DNA of 64,000 nucleotides from Duncaniella sp. (lineage in GTDB: Bacteria > Bacteroidota > Bacteroidia > Bacteroidales > Muribaculaceae): positions 3,747-67,746 of the forward strand of contig JAIDCC010000095.1 in NCBI GenBank assembly GCA_029056055.1. Reading direction: 5' to 3'. The notes beneath the pieces are model-generated. The model saw nothing but the letters and a program-made list of their open reading frames with translations, searched no databases and was not told where the DNA came from. How positions within the stretch are numbered: position 1 is the stretch's first letter; each line of letters opens with the position of its first letter. Positions 55,955 to 64,000 of this stretch are shown piece after piece. The translations under genes and the position numbers were made by a program.

Positions 55955-57154
55955 ATGAAACATAAAACTCTTCATGTAGAGAATTTTGGTCCCGTCAGCA
56001 ATGCCACGGTAGAACTCCGCTCCATCAACATGTTGATAGGCGAACAATCTGTAGGCAAAAGCACACTGGCAAAGCTGATAACAATTTTCACCGATTACCT
56101 GAGCCTGTGCAAATTGATAATGGGTGGAGAGAGCATGTGGCACAATCTGCTGAAAGAGTATAACCTCGAAATCTATAAGGACGATGATTATTTCATTGCC
56201 TTTGATATGAGTGAGGATGACGGACGTTTTCATATTGAGTTCCGTCACCACGAAATTTCATATTATCTGACTGTGGGCGGAGAAACCATCACCACACCAG
56301 AGAGTATAGTTGACCATATTCTCAACCTGAGACTGGATAAAATCTACCATGCCGAAGAGGTCAGGAAAGCCATGCAAGGAGGTGAGAACAAGGCGATACT
56401 TGAAGTGCTGACTAACTCCATCTACATTCCCGCCGAGCGAATCATCTATTCTGTCCTGACCAACCTTATGCCGGCCTTGGCGTTGGCCAATTCTACTATT
56501 CCCAAGATTTTGTTGCGGTTTATGGTAGAACTCGGGAATGCCAAGTCGGAATTTCCCGCCTTTCACATTCAGATGCTCGACGTCACATTCCGACATGAGG
56601 CATCTGAAGACTCCATCCTCATCGGCCCTGACGACAGAAATATTCCGATGAATGCTGCGTCGTCAGGCATCCAGTCGCTTGTCCCGCTGCTGTTCGTGCT
56701 CCATTACGCCATAACCAAGCGTGAGTATTCCTCATATGTCATCGAAGAACCTGAGTGTAATCTGTTTCCCACCAAGCAGGTTGAACTTCTTCAGTATATC
56801 CTTAAAGCCGTCAAGCACCCCACGCGCACGTTGACCATCACCACGCATAGTCCCTACTTGCTGTCGGCGATGAACAACATGCTGTTTGCAGGAATGCTGA
56901 TAGAAAAATACGGTGAAGGAATCAAGCCATTCGTTGACAAAGTGATGCCCGAAGCACACAGCCTCAAGGCATCCGATTGCTCGGTCTATTCGTTGGGCGA
57001 AGAGATTAACGGAGGCGACTATTGCCGTTCGCTTATGGATGCCTCAACCGGAATGATTGATTTCAATTCTTTGGATGAGGTTTCCGAATTGTTAGCCGGT
57101 GAGTTTGAATCTCTTCAGGAAGCCGCCGCCGACTACATGCGCGAGAACCGATGA
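55955..57154 (+). CDS. ABC-type (AAA_15/AAA_21-like) ATPase with no fused effector domain
   Basis: 399 aa. Walker A IGEQSVGKSTLAK, Q-loop-like YIPAER, signature-like NAASSGIQSL, Walker B SSYVIEEPECNLFP, H-loop TITTHSPYLL. Low GC. Confidence 0.8.
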   Translation: MKHKTLHVENFGPVSNATVELRSINMLIGEQSVGKSTLAKLITIFTDYLSLCKLIMGGESMWHNLLKEYNLEIYKDDDYFIAFDMSEDDGRFHIEFRHHEISYYLTVGGETITTPESIVDHILNLRLDKIYHAEEVRKAMQGGENKAILEVLTNSIYIPAERIIYSVLTNLMPALALANSTIPKILLRFMVELGNAKSEFPAFHIQMLDVTFRHEASEDSILIGPDDRNIPMNAASSGIQSLVPLLFVLHYAITKREYSSYVIEEPECNLFPTKQVELLQYILKAVKHPTRTLTITTHSPYLLSAMNNMLFAGMLIEKYGEGIKPFVDKVMPEAHSLKASDCSVYSLGEEINGGDYCRSLMDASTGMIDFNSLDEVSELLAGEFESLQEAAADYMRENR

Positions 57155-57167
57155 TTTCAAGCAAATT

Positions 57168-57767
57168 ATGATGAATTTCAATCCTATTAAACGGCTCAGG
57201 CTTAAAGCTGCCTATGAGGATGCGAAAGCGTTTGCCGACGTAGTCCGCGACGAGGATTTTCTCGTGGAATTGTTTGAATGGTCTGAACGGGGAACTATTT
57301 TCATCGTTGACGACGCTGAGGCAGGCTTTTCCCGATTTGTCACAGATACAAACGGGTTGGGATTCGACAAGGCCTTAAAGGTGGTCAACCGAGACCACAA
57401 AGACATGTTCCTTTGGCATATCGACGGTCTCATCTATAAGAAAGACAGCAAATGCGACTGCGCACTGCTGACGGATGAGAGCATTCGTTTTATCGAATTC
57501 AAGTCGAATGCCGCCAATAAGACGCGTGAGGCGATTATCGAGAATTACGATAAAGCCAAAAATCAACTGAAGCTCACCTTTGACGACGTCAACGAAAGGT
57601 GTCGGAAGGTCGGCATAGATTTGAAAACCAGTGCCCGACCGAGAGCATACGCAGTCTTCAACCGCACGGTGCCTTCTCTCAATGCCTATCAGAAGAAACT
57701 TGCTGCGCAGTTTCTGTTAGAGACAGACGGCGTTTCGCTTGAATTTAAGAACGAAACCATAATCTGA
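57168..57767 (+). CDS. Hypothetical 199-aa protein with a PD-(D/E)xK-like nuclease motif
   Basis: Starts MMNFNPIKR, 13 nt after the ATPase stop (the track ORF starts at a GTG at 57099 inside the ATPase gene). The candidate core is FLWHIDGLIYKKDSKCDCALLTDESIRFIEFKSN (D ... D ... ExK). Family not recognised. Confidence 0.6.
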   Translation: MMNFNPIKRLRLKAAYEDAKAFADVVRDEDFLVELFEWSERGTIFIVDDAEAGFSRFVTDTNGLGFDKALKVVNRDHKDMFLWHIDGLIYKKDSKCDCALLTDESIRFIEFKSNAANKTREAIIENYDKAKNQLKLTFDDVNERCRKVGIDLKTSARPRAYAVFNRTVPSLNAYQKKLAAQFLLETDGVSLEFKNETII

Positions 57768-57799
57768 CTGCGCCCTCTCTCAAACCGCCTTGCGTTAAA

Positions 57800-57889
57800 T
57801 TCAAACAATTTACGCAGTGGACTGAGGAATGATGCTTGGCGCAAAGGTAAGCAAATTTTCGCAATTTCGGGAATTTTTCGTAACTTTGC
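57800..57889 (+). repeat. Right copy of the imperfect direct repeat bracketing the cassette (includes the PL11 promoter)
   Basis: See 55812-55933. It carries the TAACTTTG box at 57881-57888. Confidence 0.7.
57881..57888 (+). promoter_or_regulatory. -7 promoter box TAACTTTG for the PL11 gene
   Basis: Exact TAnnTTTG, 30 nt upstream of the GTG at 57918. Confidence 0.55.
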
Positions 57890-57917
57890 TCTCCGAATCA
57901 ACCTTAATCATCAATCC

Positions 57918-59756
57918 GTGAAATCTACTTTTCTAAGCATACTGACCGCCGGGCTGGCCTTCATGGCGTCGGCCGCTCCGAAAACCGAATTTCTCAACCG
58001 CGGCGTTGTGGCCCTTCCCACCGAGGAGGGCGTTTTCGTGTCGTGGCGCTCGCTCTCGCGTGATGGGGCCGACGCGTCTTTCGACGTCTACCGCAACGGC
58101 GTGAAAATCAATCTTACTTCCCTCTCAGGAGGCACGAACTACGTTGACCCGCAAGGACACCCGGGCGACACCTACGAGGTGCGCACCGCCGCGGGAGCCG
58201 GCGAGACAGGCAGCTGCGTGGCATGGGAGGCGCCTTACCTGAAAATCCATCTTGACCGTCCCGAGGGAGACACGCTGCCCGGACGCGAGGGAGAGCCTCG
58301 ACCCTTCACCTACTCGCCCAACGATATGTCTGTGGGCGATGTCGACGGTGACGGGGTCTACGAGCTCTTCGTGAAATGGGAACCTTCGAATGCTCACGAC
58401 CCTTCGCATCAGGGCTACACGGGCGAGACCATTTTCGACTGCTACCGACTCGACGGTACACGTTTGTGGCGCGTCAACCTCGGTCAAAACATCCGCTCCG
58501 GAGCCCACTACACCCAATTCGTGGTGGAAGACTTCGATGGCGACGGGTGTGCTGAAATGATTTGCAAGACAGCCCCCGGCACTATCGACGGAACCGGCAC
58601 ACCGGTGCTTCTCGGCAACGACCGCGCAGACGAAGACCATCGCGTCCACGACCGCGGCAAAGCGTTCGGCCACATCCGCGGGGGGAGCGAATACCTCACC
58701 GTGTTCAGCGGCAAGACGGGCAAGGCTCTGAGCACCATTCCCTACCGTCCCGCCTACTACGACGTCACCGAAGAAATCTGGGGCGACGACCACTGCAACC
58801 GCGCCGACCGCTATCTGGCCGGAGCCGCCTGCCTCGACGGCGTGCTACCCTCGGCCATAATGTGCCGCGGCTACTACTCCGGCTCGTTTGTGTGGGCCGT
58901 AGATTTCCGCGACGGCGAGCTGCGCGAAGTGTGGCTTCACAAATCCGACCGTCCCATGGAAGGACTCTGGGGCGAAGGCGCCCACTCGGTGGTGATGGGC
59001 GATGTCGACGGCGACGGCAAGGACGAAATCATGTACGGAGCTTCGGCTCTCGACCATGACGGCTCGCTGCTCTACCGCACCGGCGGCGGCCACGGCGACG
59101 CTCTCCATCTCGGCCAATTCCTCCCCGAACGTCCGGGGCTTCAGGTCTACATGCCCCACGAAGAGGAATATGCCCCCTACCCCTACGACTCGACCATGCG
59201 CGACGCTGCAACAGGCGAAATCATCTATTCGAAACCGCAGACAGGCACCGACGTGGGTCGCGGTCTCACGGCCAACATCACGCCTCTCTATCCCGGGCAT
59301 GAGTATTGGGCGTCTGACTCGCGCAAAATCTACAACCACGGTCGCCCCGTGGGCGAAGTCGAGGGACGCCTTCCCATCAATTTCCGCATCTACTGGGACG
59401 GCGACCTCTACGACGAACTGCTCGACGGATCTCAGATTACCAAACCTGACCCCGAGCTGACCCGCCTCGACACAATAGCCGACTTCCGTGCCTACGGCGA
59501 CATCCGCGCCTGCAACGGCACCAAAAACACCCCCTGCCTGCAAGCCGACATCCTCGGCGACTGGCGCGAAGAGGTAATCCTGCGCGACGCCTCAACCGAC
59601 AGCGACATCTACATCTTCACCACCACAATCCCCTCGGCTCACCGTCTGCCCTGCCTCATGGAAGACCACCAGTATCGTCTGGCCATCGTCTCGCAGAACA
59701 CCTGCTATAACCAACCCCCTCACCTCAGCTACGACCCCGCCGAATCTCAACGATGA
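57918..59756 (+). CDS. Rhamnogalacturonan lyase, polysaccharide lyase family 11 (YesW/YesX-like)
   Basis: 612 aa with a GTG start and signal peptide. DVDGDGVYELFVKWEPSNAHDPSHQGYTGETIFDCYRLDGTRLWRVNLGQNIRSGAHYTQFVVEDFDGDGCAEMICKTAPGT matches the beta-propeller core I remember for YesW. Confidence 0.8.
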   Translation: MKSTFLSILTAGLAFMASAAPKTEFLNRGVVALPTEEGVFVSWRSLSRDGADASFDVYRNGVKINLTSLSGGTNYVDPQGHPGDTYEVRTAAGAGETGSCVAWEAPYLKIHLDRPEGDTLPGREGEPRPFTYSPNDMSVGDVDGDGVYELFVKWEPSNAHDPSHQGYTGETIFDCYRLDGTRLWRVNLGQNIRSGAHYTQFVVEDFDGDGCAEMICKTAPGTIDGTGTPVLLGNDRADEDHRVHDRGKAFGHIRGGSEYLTVFSGKTGKALSTIPYRPAYYDVTEEIWGDDHCNRADRYLAGAACLDGVLPSAIMCRGYYSGSFVWAVDFRDGELREVWLHKSDRPMEGLWGEGAHSVVMGDVDGDGKDEIMYGASALDHDGSLLYRTGGGHGDALHLGQFLPERPGLQVYMPHEEEYAPYPYDSTMRDAATGEIIYSKPQTGTDVGRGLTANITPLYPGHEYWASDSRKIYNHGRPVGEVEGRLPINFRIYWDGDLYDELLDGSQITKPDPELTRLDTIADFRAYGDIRACNGTKNTPCLQADILGDWREEVILRDASTDSDIYIFTTTIPSAHRLPCLMEDHQYRLAIVSQNTCYNQPPHLSYDPAESQR

Positions 59757-60532
59757 AGCATCTTTTTCTGAACCTTCTGCTCCTGCTGACGGCTACGTTG
59801 GCCGCAGCCGAAACTCCCTCCGACTTCGACGTCTACCTTCTCATCGGCCAATCAAACATGGCCGGACGCGGGCCGCTCGAAGCCCGTGACACCACCGAAA
59901 TCATCGACGGCGTCTGGCTGCTCAACGCCGAGGGCGTGCCCGAACCTGCCGTCGCTCCCCTCAACAAATATTCCACCATACGCAAAGACCTCTCCATGCA
60001 GGGCTACAATCCCGGCAACGAATTCGGAGCTGTGATGCACCGCGAGACGGGACGCCCCATTCTGCTCGTGGTCAATGCCCGCGGAGGCTCGCACATCGCC
60101 GAGTGGCAACCCGACAAAGCCAACAGCTATTTCAGCGATGCCGTCAAGCGCACCCGTCAGGCCTTGGAGTGCGGCACTCTCAAAGGCATCCTCTGGAATC
60201 AGGGTGAAACCGATGTGCAGCGCAAGACCCCCGACTATCCCGGCCAATTCCTCACCATGATAACGGCCCTTCGCACGGCACTCGCAGCCGACAGCGTGCC
60301 CGTGGTCATCGGGCAGGTTGGACGTTGGAATTGGGCACCCGAAGAGGACATCGCCCGGTTTAACGACTCGATTGTTCCCGCCACGACCCGACTCGTGCCG
60401 CTCTGCAGCTACGTCAATAGCGAAGGGCTCGAACGCCGCTTCAAAAACGAGCGCGACCCACACTACAGCCGTGCCGCACAGATAGAACTCGGAAGAAGAT
60501 ACTCCGAAGCCATCCTGCGCAGAGACAAATGA
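59753..60532 (+). CDS. SGNH/DUF303 carbohydrate esterase (sialate O-acetylesterase-like)
   Basis: Signal peptide, then DVYLLIGQSNMAGRG and GILWNQGETD blocks. ATGA overlap with the PL11 gene. Confidence 0.75.
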   Translation: MKHLFLNLLLLLTATLAAAETPSDFDVYLLIGQSNMAGRGPLEARDTTEIIDGVWLLNAEGVPEPAVAPLNKYSTIRKDLSMQGYNPGNEFGAVMHRETGRPILLVVNARGGSHIAEWQPDKANSYFSDAVKRTRQALECGTLKGILWNQGETDVQRKTPDYPGQFLTMITALRTALAADSVPVVIGQVGRWNWAPEEDIARFNDSIVPATTRLVPLCSYVNSEGLERRFKNERDPHYSRAAQIELGRRYSEAILRRDK

Positions 60533-60575
60533 CGCATCGGCTCCTCCACGGTCGAGTCCGCCCCACCACGTTCTG

Positions 60576-63137
60576 TCAGAAACTGAGGGCTATGCCTATT
60601 CTCACCATTCCCCGGCACGCACCCGGAGTGTCGCGATAGGTGAGACGCCAAACATAGTCAACCCTGAAGAGACGCATGATGTTTTCCACTCCGACGAAGG
60701 CCTCCATGTAGGGTCGGCTGCCCATGCGCGTGGCGCGGGCCACGTCGGGAAACGCAAACAAATCGGGGTGAAGCTCAGGGCGGTTGCGCTCCGAGAGGTG
60801 TCCCATCAGCCCTTTCCACCCGACAACCTCGCGCAGTTTCAGAAGCCGCAGGAAAGGCACCTGCCCGAGCAGCGCCCCCTCGGCGTGATAGGTCAAGTCG
60901 AGACGCACGTAGGAGTCGTTGATAAATTCGAGCGGACTCAGACACCCGAAAGACGACGTGCCCCTGAAATAGGACAGACTCGCGGGAGGAATGAAAAGCA
61001 CCGGATAGGGCGAGCGGGTCCAGATGTGTCCCCCCTTGAGGCGTGCGGCTATGGAGCCGAAAGCCGGCAGACGGAAACGGCGAGCTACGTCGAGCGTGGT
61101 CGAGGCATAGGCGAAACGGTTGCCCGCCACCCCTTTCGGAGCCACGGTCTGGCTAAGCACGAAGAGCGGACTTTCCGAGGGGAGGATGGTGCGCCCCATG
61201 CGAGTTTCGAGCAATCTCTCGCCGGGAGCGAACCGCAGTTGCAGAGTGGCCGAATTGAGCAGGAAGTGCGAAAACTCGCGCCCATGCCCGTCGCGGAACG
61301 CCATCAGTGGGGTTGCCTCGCGGTCAGCGCGGTCGAGGCGGAGCGTCAAAGCAAGCCGCCGGGGTGTCTCGAGTGTGTAGACCAGACTCTGACGATTGTT
61401 GTAGATTATCTGCGTCTCGCGCTCGAAACGGGTTGAAAACCACATGGCATCCACCGCGCCGTGCATCGTCTCGTCGCCGAGCCATTCAGTGTCGAACGTA
61501 GACTCCACCCTCAGCGAATGCACCGGAAATTCGCGCGCGTTATACTTTTTGTCGCGGAACGAATACTCCACCTCCGCGCCATACTTGAAACGGCGGTCCT
61601 TGAAACCGTAGGCCACGTAGCCGCTCCCGAACCAACGTCGCGACAGCTGCGCCGTGGTCATGCCCCCCACTCGCATACGAAATCCTTCGAGCGAATTGAG
61701 TCCCACCGAGTTGATTACAGGCCCGTAGGCCACCTTTGCCTCCTTGCCTCCTATCCCGACATAGCCTTCCGAGATGATGCGCAGCCCTCCCTCGGCCAGA
61801 CGGAAAAGGCGTTCGCGGCGCAGACGCGCCATCATGCGCTCCACTTCGAGTTCGCCGCGCGAAATGGCCGCCGTGCGTCGCTGCTGCCAGAAAAGCGAGT
61901 CGCGGTCGGTGGCATCCGGCGCTGTCACCGAGGGCATCTGCGAGGCGGAAAAAAGCGAATCGAGTTGCGCCGACCTCACAAACGAATGTCCCGTGTGGGT
62001 GCTGATGCGTCGGGCATAGATGCCGGGGGTGCCGGGCATGAGACGCGCCTCCACCACGAGGTCGTCGGAGAGTTTGAGTCGGCTCCCGTCGGGCGATGTG
62101 GCATAGTCCTGAGCAATGCGCAGATTGTCGACGAAATTGAGGTTGACCTCGCGCGGCACACTCATCTCGATGCGGCGCACACGCATTTCAGGGTCGGTCA
62201 GTCCGACGTAGAGCCGACCGCGGAAACCGGGCAAAGCCGTGTTGCGGGGCACAAACGACAGCTCGATGCACGAGTCGGCCCCGAGACGCACCGTGTCGGT
62301 CAGATAAAACCTGTAGAAATCGGGGGCAACCCTCGCCAACGGGCTCACGAAACTGCGCCGCAGCAGCGAAATCTCCGAGTCGTAGATGTCTATTTCGCCC
62401 AGAATTTCGTCATAAAACGTTTGCAGACTTTCAGGGGGAAGCACCTCGTCGACACCTGCGCCCGAGAGGCCCTCCACCAGTTCGCGGTGCTCGCCTCCCG
62501 AATAGCCCACCGTCGAAGCCTTCTCCCTCATGGCCACGTTGAGGATAGGGCGGCCGGTCACTTCCGACGTGTCGACATACTCGTCCATCCATCCGAAGCG
62601 GCGCGATGCTCGACCCAGCGAGTCGGCCATATCAGGCGTATAGTCATTGAGCGCCAGAGTGATACGTTCATATTTATCGTAATGATAGCCGTCGTGGCGG
62701 CGAGGGTCGGAGGCTGCGGCTTTCTCACGGATGCGCCGCGCAAACTCTACGGCGGGATTGTCACGCTTCGAGTAGCGCGACTTCCGCCCATGTTTCTCCA
62801 CTTCGCCAAGCTCCACGCTTTGAGGCCTCAGCGCGATGTCGAGCCTCATACCCTGTCGGAGGGAGTCGACGGCAATCACACGGGTTTCATATCCCATCAG
62901 CGCAGCCCTCACTGACGTAAACGGCGCGGACGCCGACAGATGATAGCGCCCCTCCTCGTCGGTCAGTCCCCCGATGCGTGCACCTTGCAGATAGACAGTG
63001 GCATATGGCAGCGGCTCCCCGGTCAGAGAGTCGGTCACCGTGCCTCCTACGTCAAACCATTCGGCGGCAGCGAGCCGTGCCCCTGTCAGAACGACAAGCA
63101 GCAACGCAGCGATAATTCTCATCAGGCCGTAGCGCAT
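60576..63137 (-). CDS. Carboxypeptidase-regulatory-like domain + DUF5686-type large protein
   Basis: N-terminal GTVTDSLTGEPLPYATVYLQGARIGGLTDEEGRYHL, and a long beta-rich C-terminal part ending ...GIALSF. I chose MRYGLMRII (63137) as the start; the track start is 63164. Confidence 0.7.
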   Translation of the reverse strand: MRYGLMRIIAALLLVVLTGARLAAAEWFDVGGTVTDSLTGEPLPYATVYLQGARIGGLTDEEGRYHLSASAPFTSVRAALMGYETRVIAVDSLRQGMRLDIALRPQSVELGEVEKHGRKSRYSKRDNPAVEFARRIREKAAASDPRRHDGYHYDKYERITLALNDYTPDMADSLGRASRRFGWMDEYVDTSEVTGRPILNVAMREKASTVGYSGGEHRELVEGLSGAGVDEVLPPESLQTFYDEILGEIDIYDSEISLLRRSFVSPLARVAPDFYRFYLTDTVRLGADSCIELSFVPRNTALPGFRGRLYVGLTDPEMRVRRIEMSVPREVNLNFVDNLRIAQDYATSPDGSRLKLSDDLVVEARLMPGTPGIYARRISTHTGHSFVRSAQLDSLFSASQMPSVTAPDATDRDSLFWQQRRTAAISRGELEVERMMARLRRERLFRLAEGGLRIISEGYVGIGGKEAKVAYGPVINSVGLNSLEGFRMRVGGMTTAQLSRRWFGSGYVAYGFKDRRFKYGAEVEYSFRDKKYNAREFPVHSLRVESTFDTEWLGDETMHGAVDAMWFSTRFERETQIIYNNRQSLVYTLETPRRLALTLRLDRADREATPLMAFRDGHGREFSHFLLNSATLQLRFAPGERLLETRMGRTILPSESPLFVLSQTVAPKGVAGNRFAYASTTLDVARRFRLPAFGSIAARLKGGHIWTRSPYPVLFIPPASLSYFRGTSSFGCLSPLEFINDSYVRLDLTYHAEGALLGQVPFLRLLKLREVVGWKGLMGHLSERNRPELHPDLFAFPDVARATRMGSRPYMEAFVGVENIMRLFRVDYVWRLTYRDTPGACRGMVRIGIALSF

Positions 63138-63153
63138 TGTGGCGAAAAGTTTG

Positions 63154-63161
63154 TAATTTTG
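63154..63161 (+). promoter_or_regulatory. Possible -7 box TAATTTTG upstream of the CYTH gene
   Basis: Exact TAnnTTTG, 89 nt upstream of the ATG at 63250. Confidence 0.35.
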
Positions 63162-63249
63162 CATTGGTGTTCATTCTGCCGGGAGTCTCGCCCGACCGAA
63201 AGCAATTCCATCCCGTAAAGTAACGCATCCGCACACATCTTTATTACTC

Positions 63250-63711
63250 ATGGCCACCGAAATCGAAAGAAAATTTCTCCTCACCACCGCCGACTGGCGT
63301 CCCTTCGTGGTGCGCTCCTACCCAATCCGCCAAGCCTACCTCTCCGATAATCCAGAAGCCACCGTAAGGGTGCGCGTCAAAGCCGACCGCGCCTTTCTCA
63401 CCGTCAAAGGCATCAACCGCGGCATCAGCCGGGCCGAATGGGAATACGAAATCCCCGTGGCCGACGCCGACGAAATGGCCGAACGCCTCGCCGGAGGTTG
63501 GGCCATATCGAAAACACGCCACATCGTAGAAGCCCCCGATGGTCTTTGCTGGGAAATAGACGAATTTCACGGGCGACACGCACCCCTCATCCTCGCCGAA
63601 ATCGAACTCCCCACGGCCACGACCCCGCTCCCGCCGTGCCCCTTCACCCTCGGCACCGACGTCAGCACCGACCCACGCTACTACAACTCCACCCTCGCCA
63701 AAACCCGCTGA
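63250..63711 (+). CDS. CYTH-domain protein (CyaB/ThTPase-like triphosphate tunnel enzyme)
   Basis: Starts MATEIERKFLL (ExExK signature). 153 aa, with a later EIDEFHG...ILAEIEL block. Confidence 0.85.
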   Translation: MATEIERKFLLTTADWRPFVVRSYPIRQAYLSDNPEATVRVRVKADRAFLTVKGINRGISRAEWEYEIPVADADEMAERLAGGWAISKTRHIVEAPDGLCWEIDEFHGRHAPLILAEIELPTATTPLPPCPFTLGTDVSTDPRYYNSTLAKTR

Positions 63712-63713
63712 CC

Positions 63714-63767
63714 TTGTCCCGGTGTCCCACTGTCCCACGGACGCCTTCGCTTGGGACACTTGGGACA
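63714..63767 (+). terminator. TGTCCCA-array hairpin 3 nt after the CYTH stop; probable terminator
   Basis: TTGTCCCGGTGTCCCACTGTCCCA ... TTGGGACACTTGGGACA, followed by TCTGTGACTTTTG. Same motif family as 51388-51455. Confidence 0.55.
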
Positions 63768-63798
63768 TCTGTGACTTTTGCGGAATTAAATTTTTTTG

Positions 63799-63806
63799 TA
63801 ACTTTG
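63799..63806 (+). promoter_or_regulatory. -7 promoter box TAACTTTG
   Basis: TTTTTTTGTAACTTTGCA, 51 nt upstream of the ATG at 63857. Confidence 0.5.
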
Positions 63807-63856
63807 CAACAATATTATTGTTATCACATTTTCAACTACACAAAACTACTTTTCTG

Positions 63857-64000
63857 ATGTCATCCCGCCTATCTTATTATCTCGGTGTCGCGCTGGCGTT
63901 GAGTCCGCTCGCCGCTGCCGCCGAAGGTTTTTCAGACGGAACACTGCTCTACGGCTACAAGGAAGGAGTGTTCTACGAACTCTCGCCCGAAGGCGCTACC
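63857..64000 (+). CDS. Secreted protein, N-terminal fragment (continues past the window)
   Basis: MSSRLSYYLGVALALSPLAAAAEG signal peptide. Open to the end of the window. Confidence 0.5.
   Translation, partial: MSSRLSYYLGVALALSPLAAAAEGFSDGTLLYGYKEGVFYELSPEGAT

Overview
This is a GC-rich chromosomal segment (roughly high-50s % by eye) from a Bacteroidota genome, most likely a gut Bacteroidales. The evidence is a SusC/SusD pair, a T9SS C-terminal sorting domain, many lipoprotein signal peptides, and TAnnTTTG -7 promoter boxes 5-60 nt upstream of many start codons. I call about 50 protein genes. They include an RND/TolC efflux tail and CAZymes (GH30, GH43, two GH2, PL11 plus an SGNH esterase). 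Housekeeping genes are pta-ackA, ddh, L31, nhaA, hcp, a short UvrA paralogue and a SpoU/TrmH methyltransferase. There is also a LytS/LytTR two-component pair, two glycosyltransferases, GNAT, HAD and acyltransferase genes, and a ZIP transporter. I saw no rRNA, tRNA, CRISPR array, transposase or integrase. Six things stand out. (1) A low-GC two-gene cassette at 55.9-57.8 kb encodes an ABC-type ATPase and a small protein with a PD-(D/E)xK-like motif. It is bracketed by imperfect direct repeats that each carry a promoter, and it is my best candidate for a new defence-type system. (2) A single-chain ABC-ATPase + DUF4435/Toprim-like protein (37.4-39.2 kb, PARIS/OLD-like) overlaps the stop of a TrmH-family RNA methyltransferase gene. 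(3) A ~185-bp nested-palindromic interspersed repeat is present in 5 full copies plus remnants. Its stems covary between copies, and its termini carry stop codons in all three frames and supply the stop codon of three genes. (4) A 1.4-kb essentially non-coding region (50.2-51.6 kb) holds a perfect 33-bp inverted repeat built on 20-bp palindromes, a 16-bp inverted repeat pair flanking ~246 bp, and arrays of a TGTCCCA motif that recur after the CYTH gene. (5) A ~38% GC island (8.8-11.9 kb) carries an orphan 644-aa gene fused in operon with a compositionally mosaic LRR/T9SS gene. (6) A 22-23-bp tandem repeat array lies at 36.5 kb. All family assignments come from reading the translations by eye; no searches were run.
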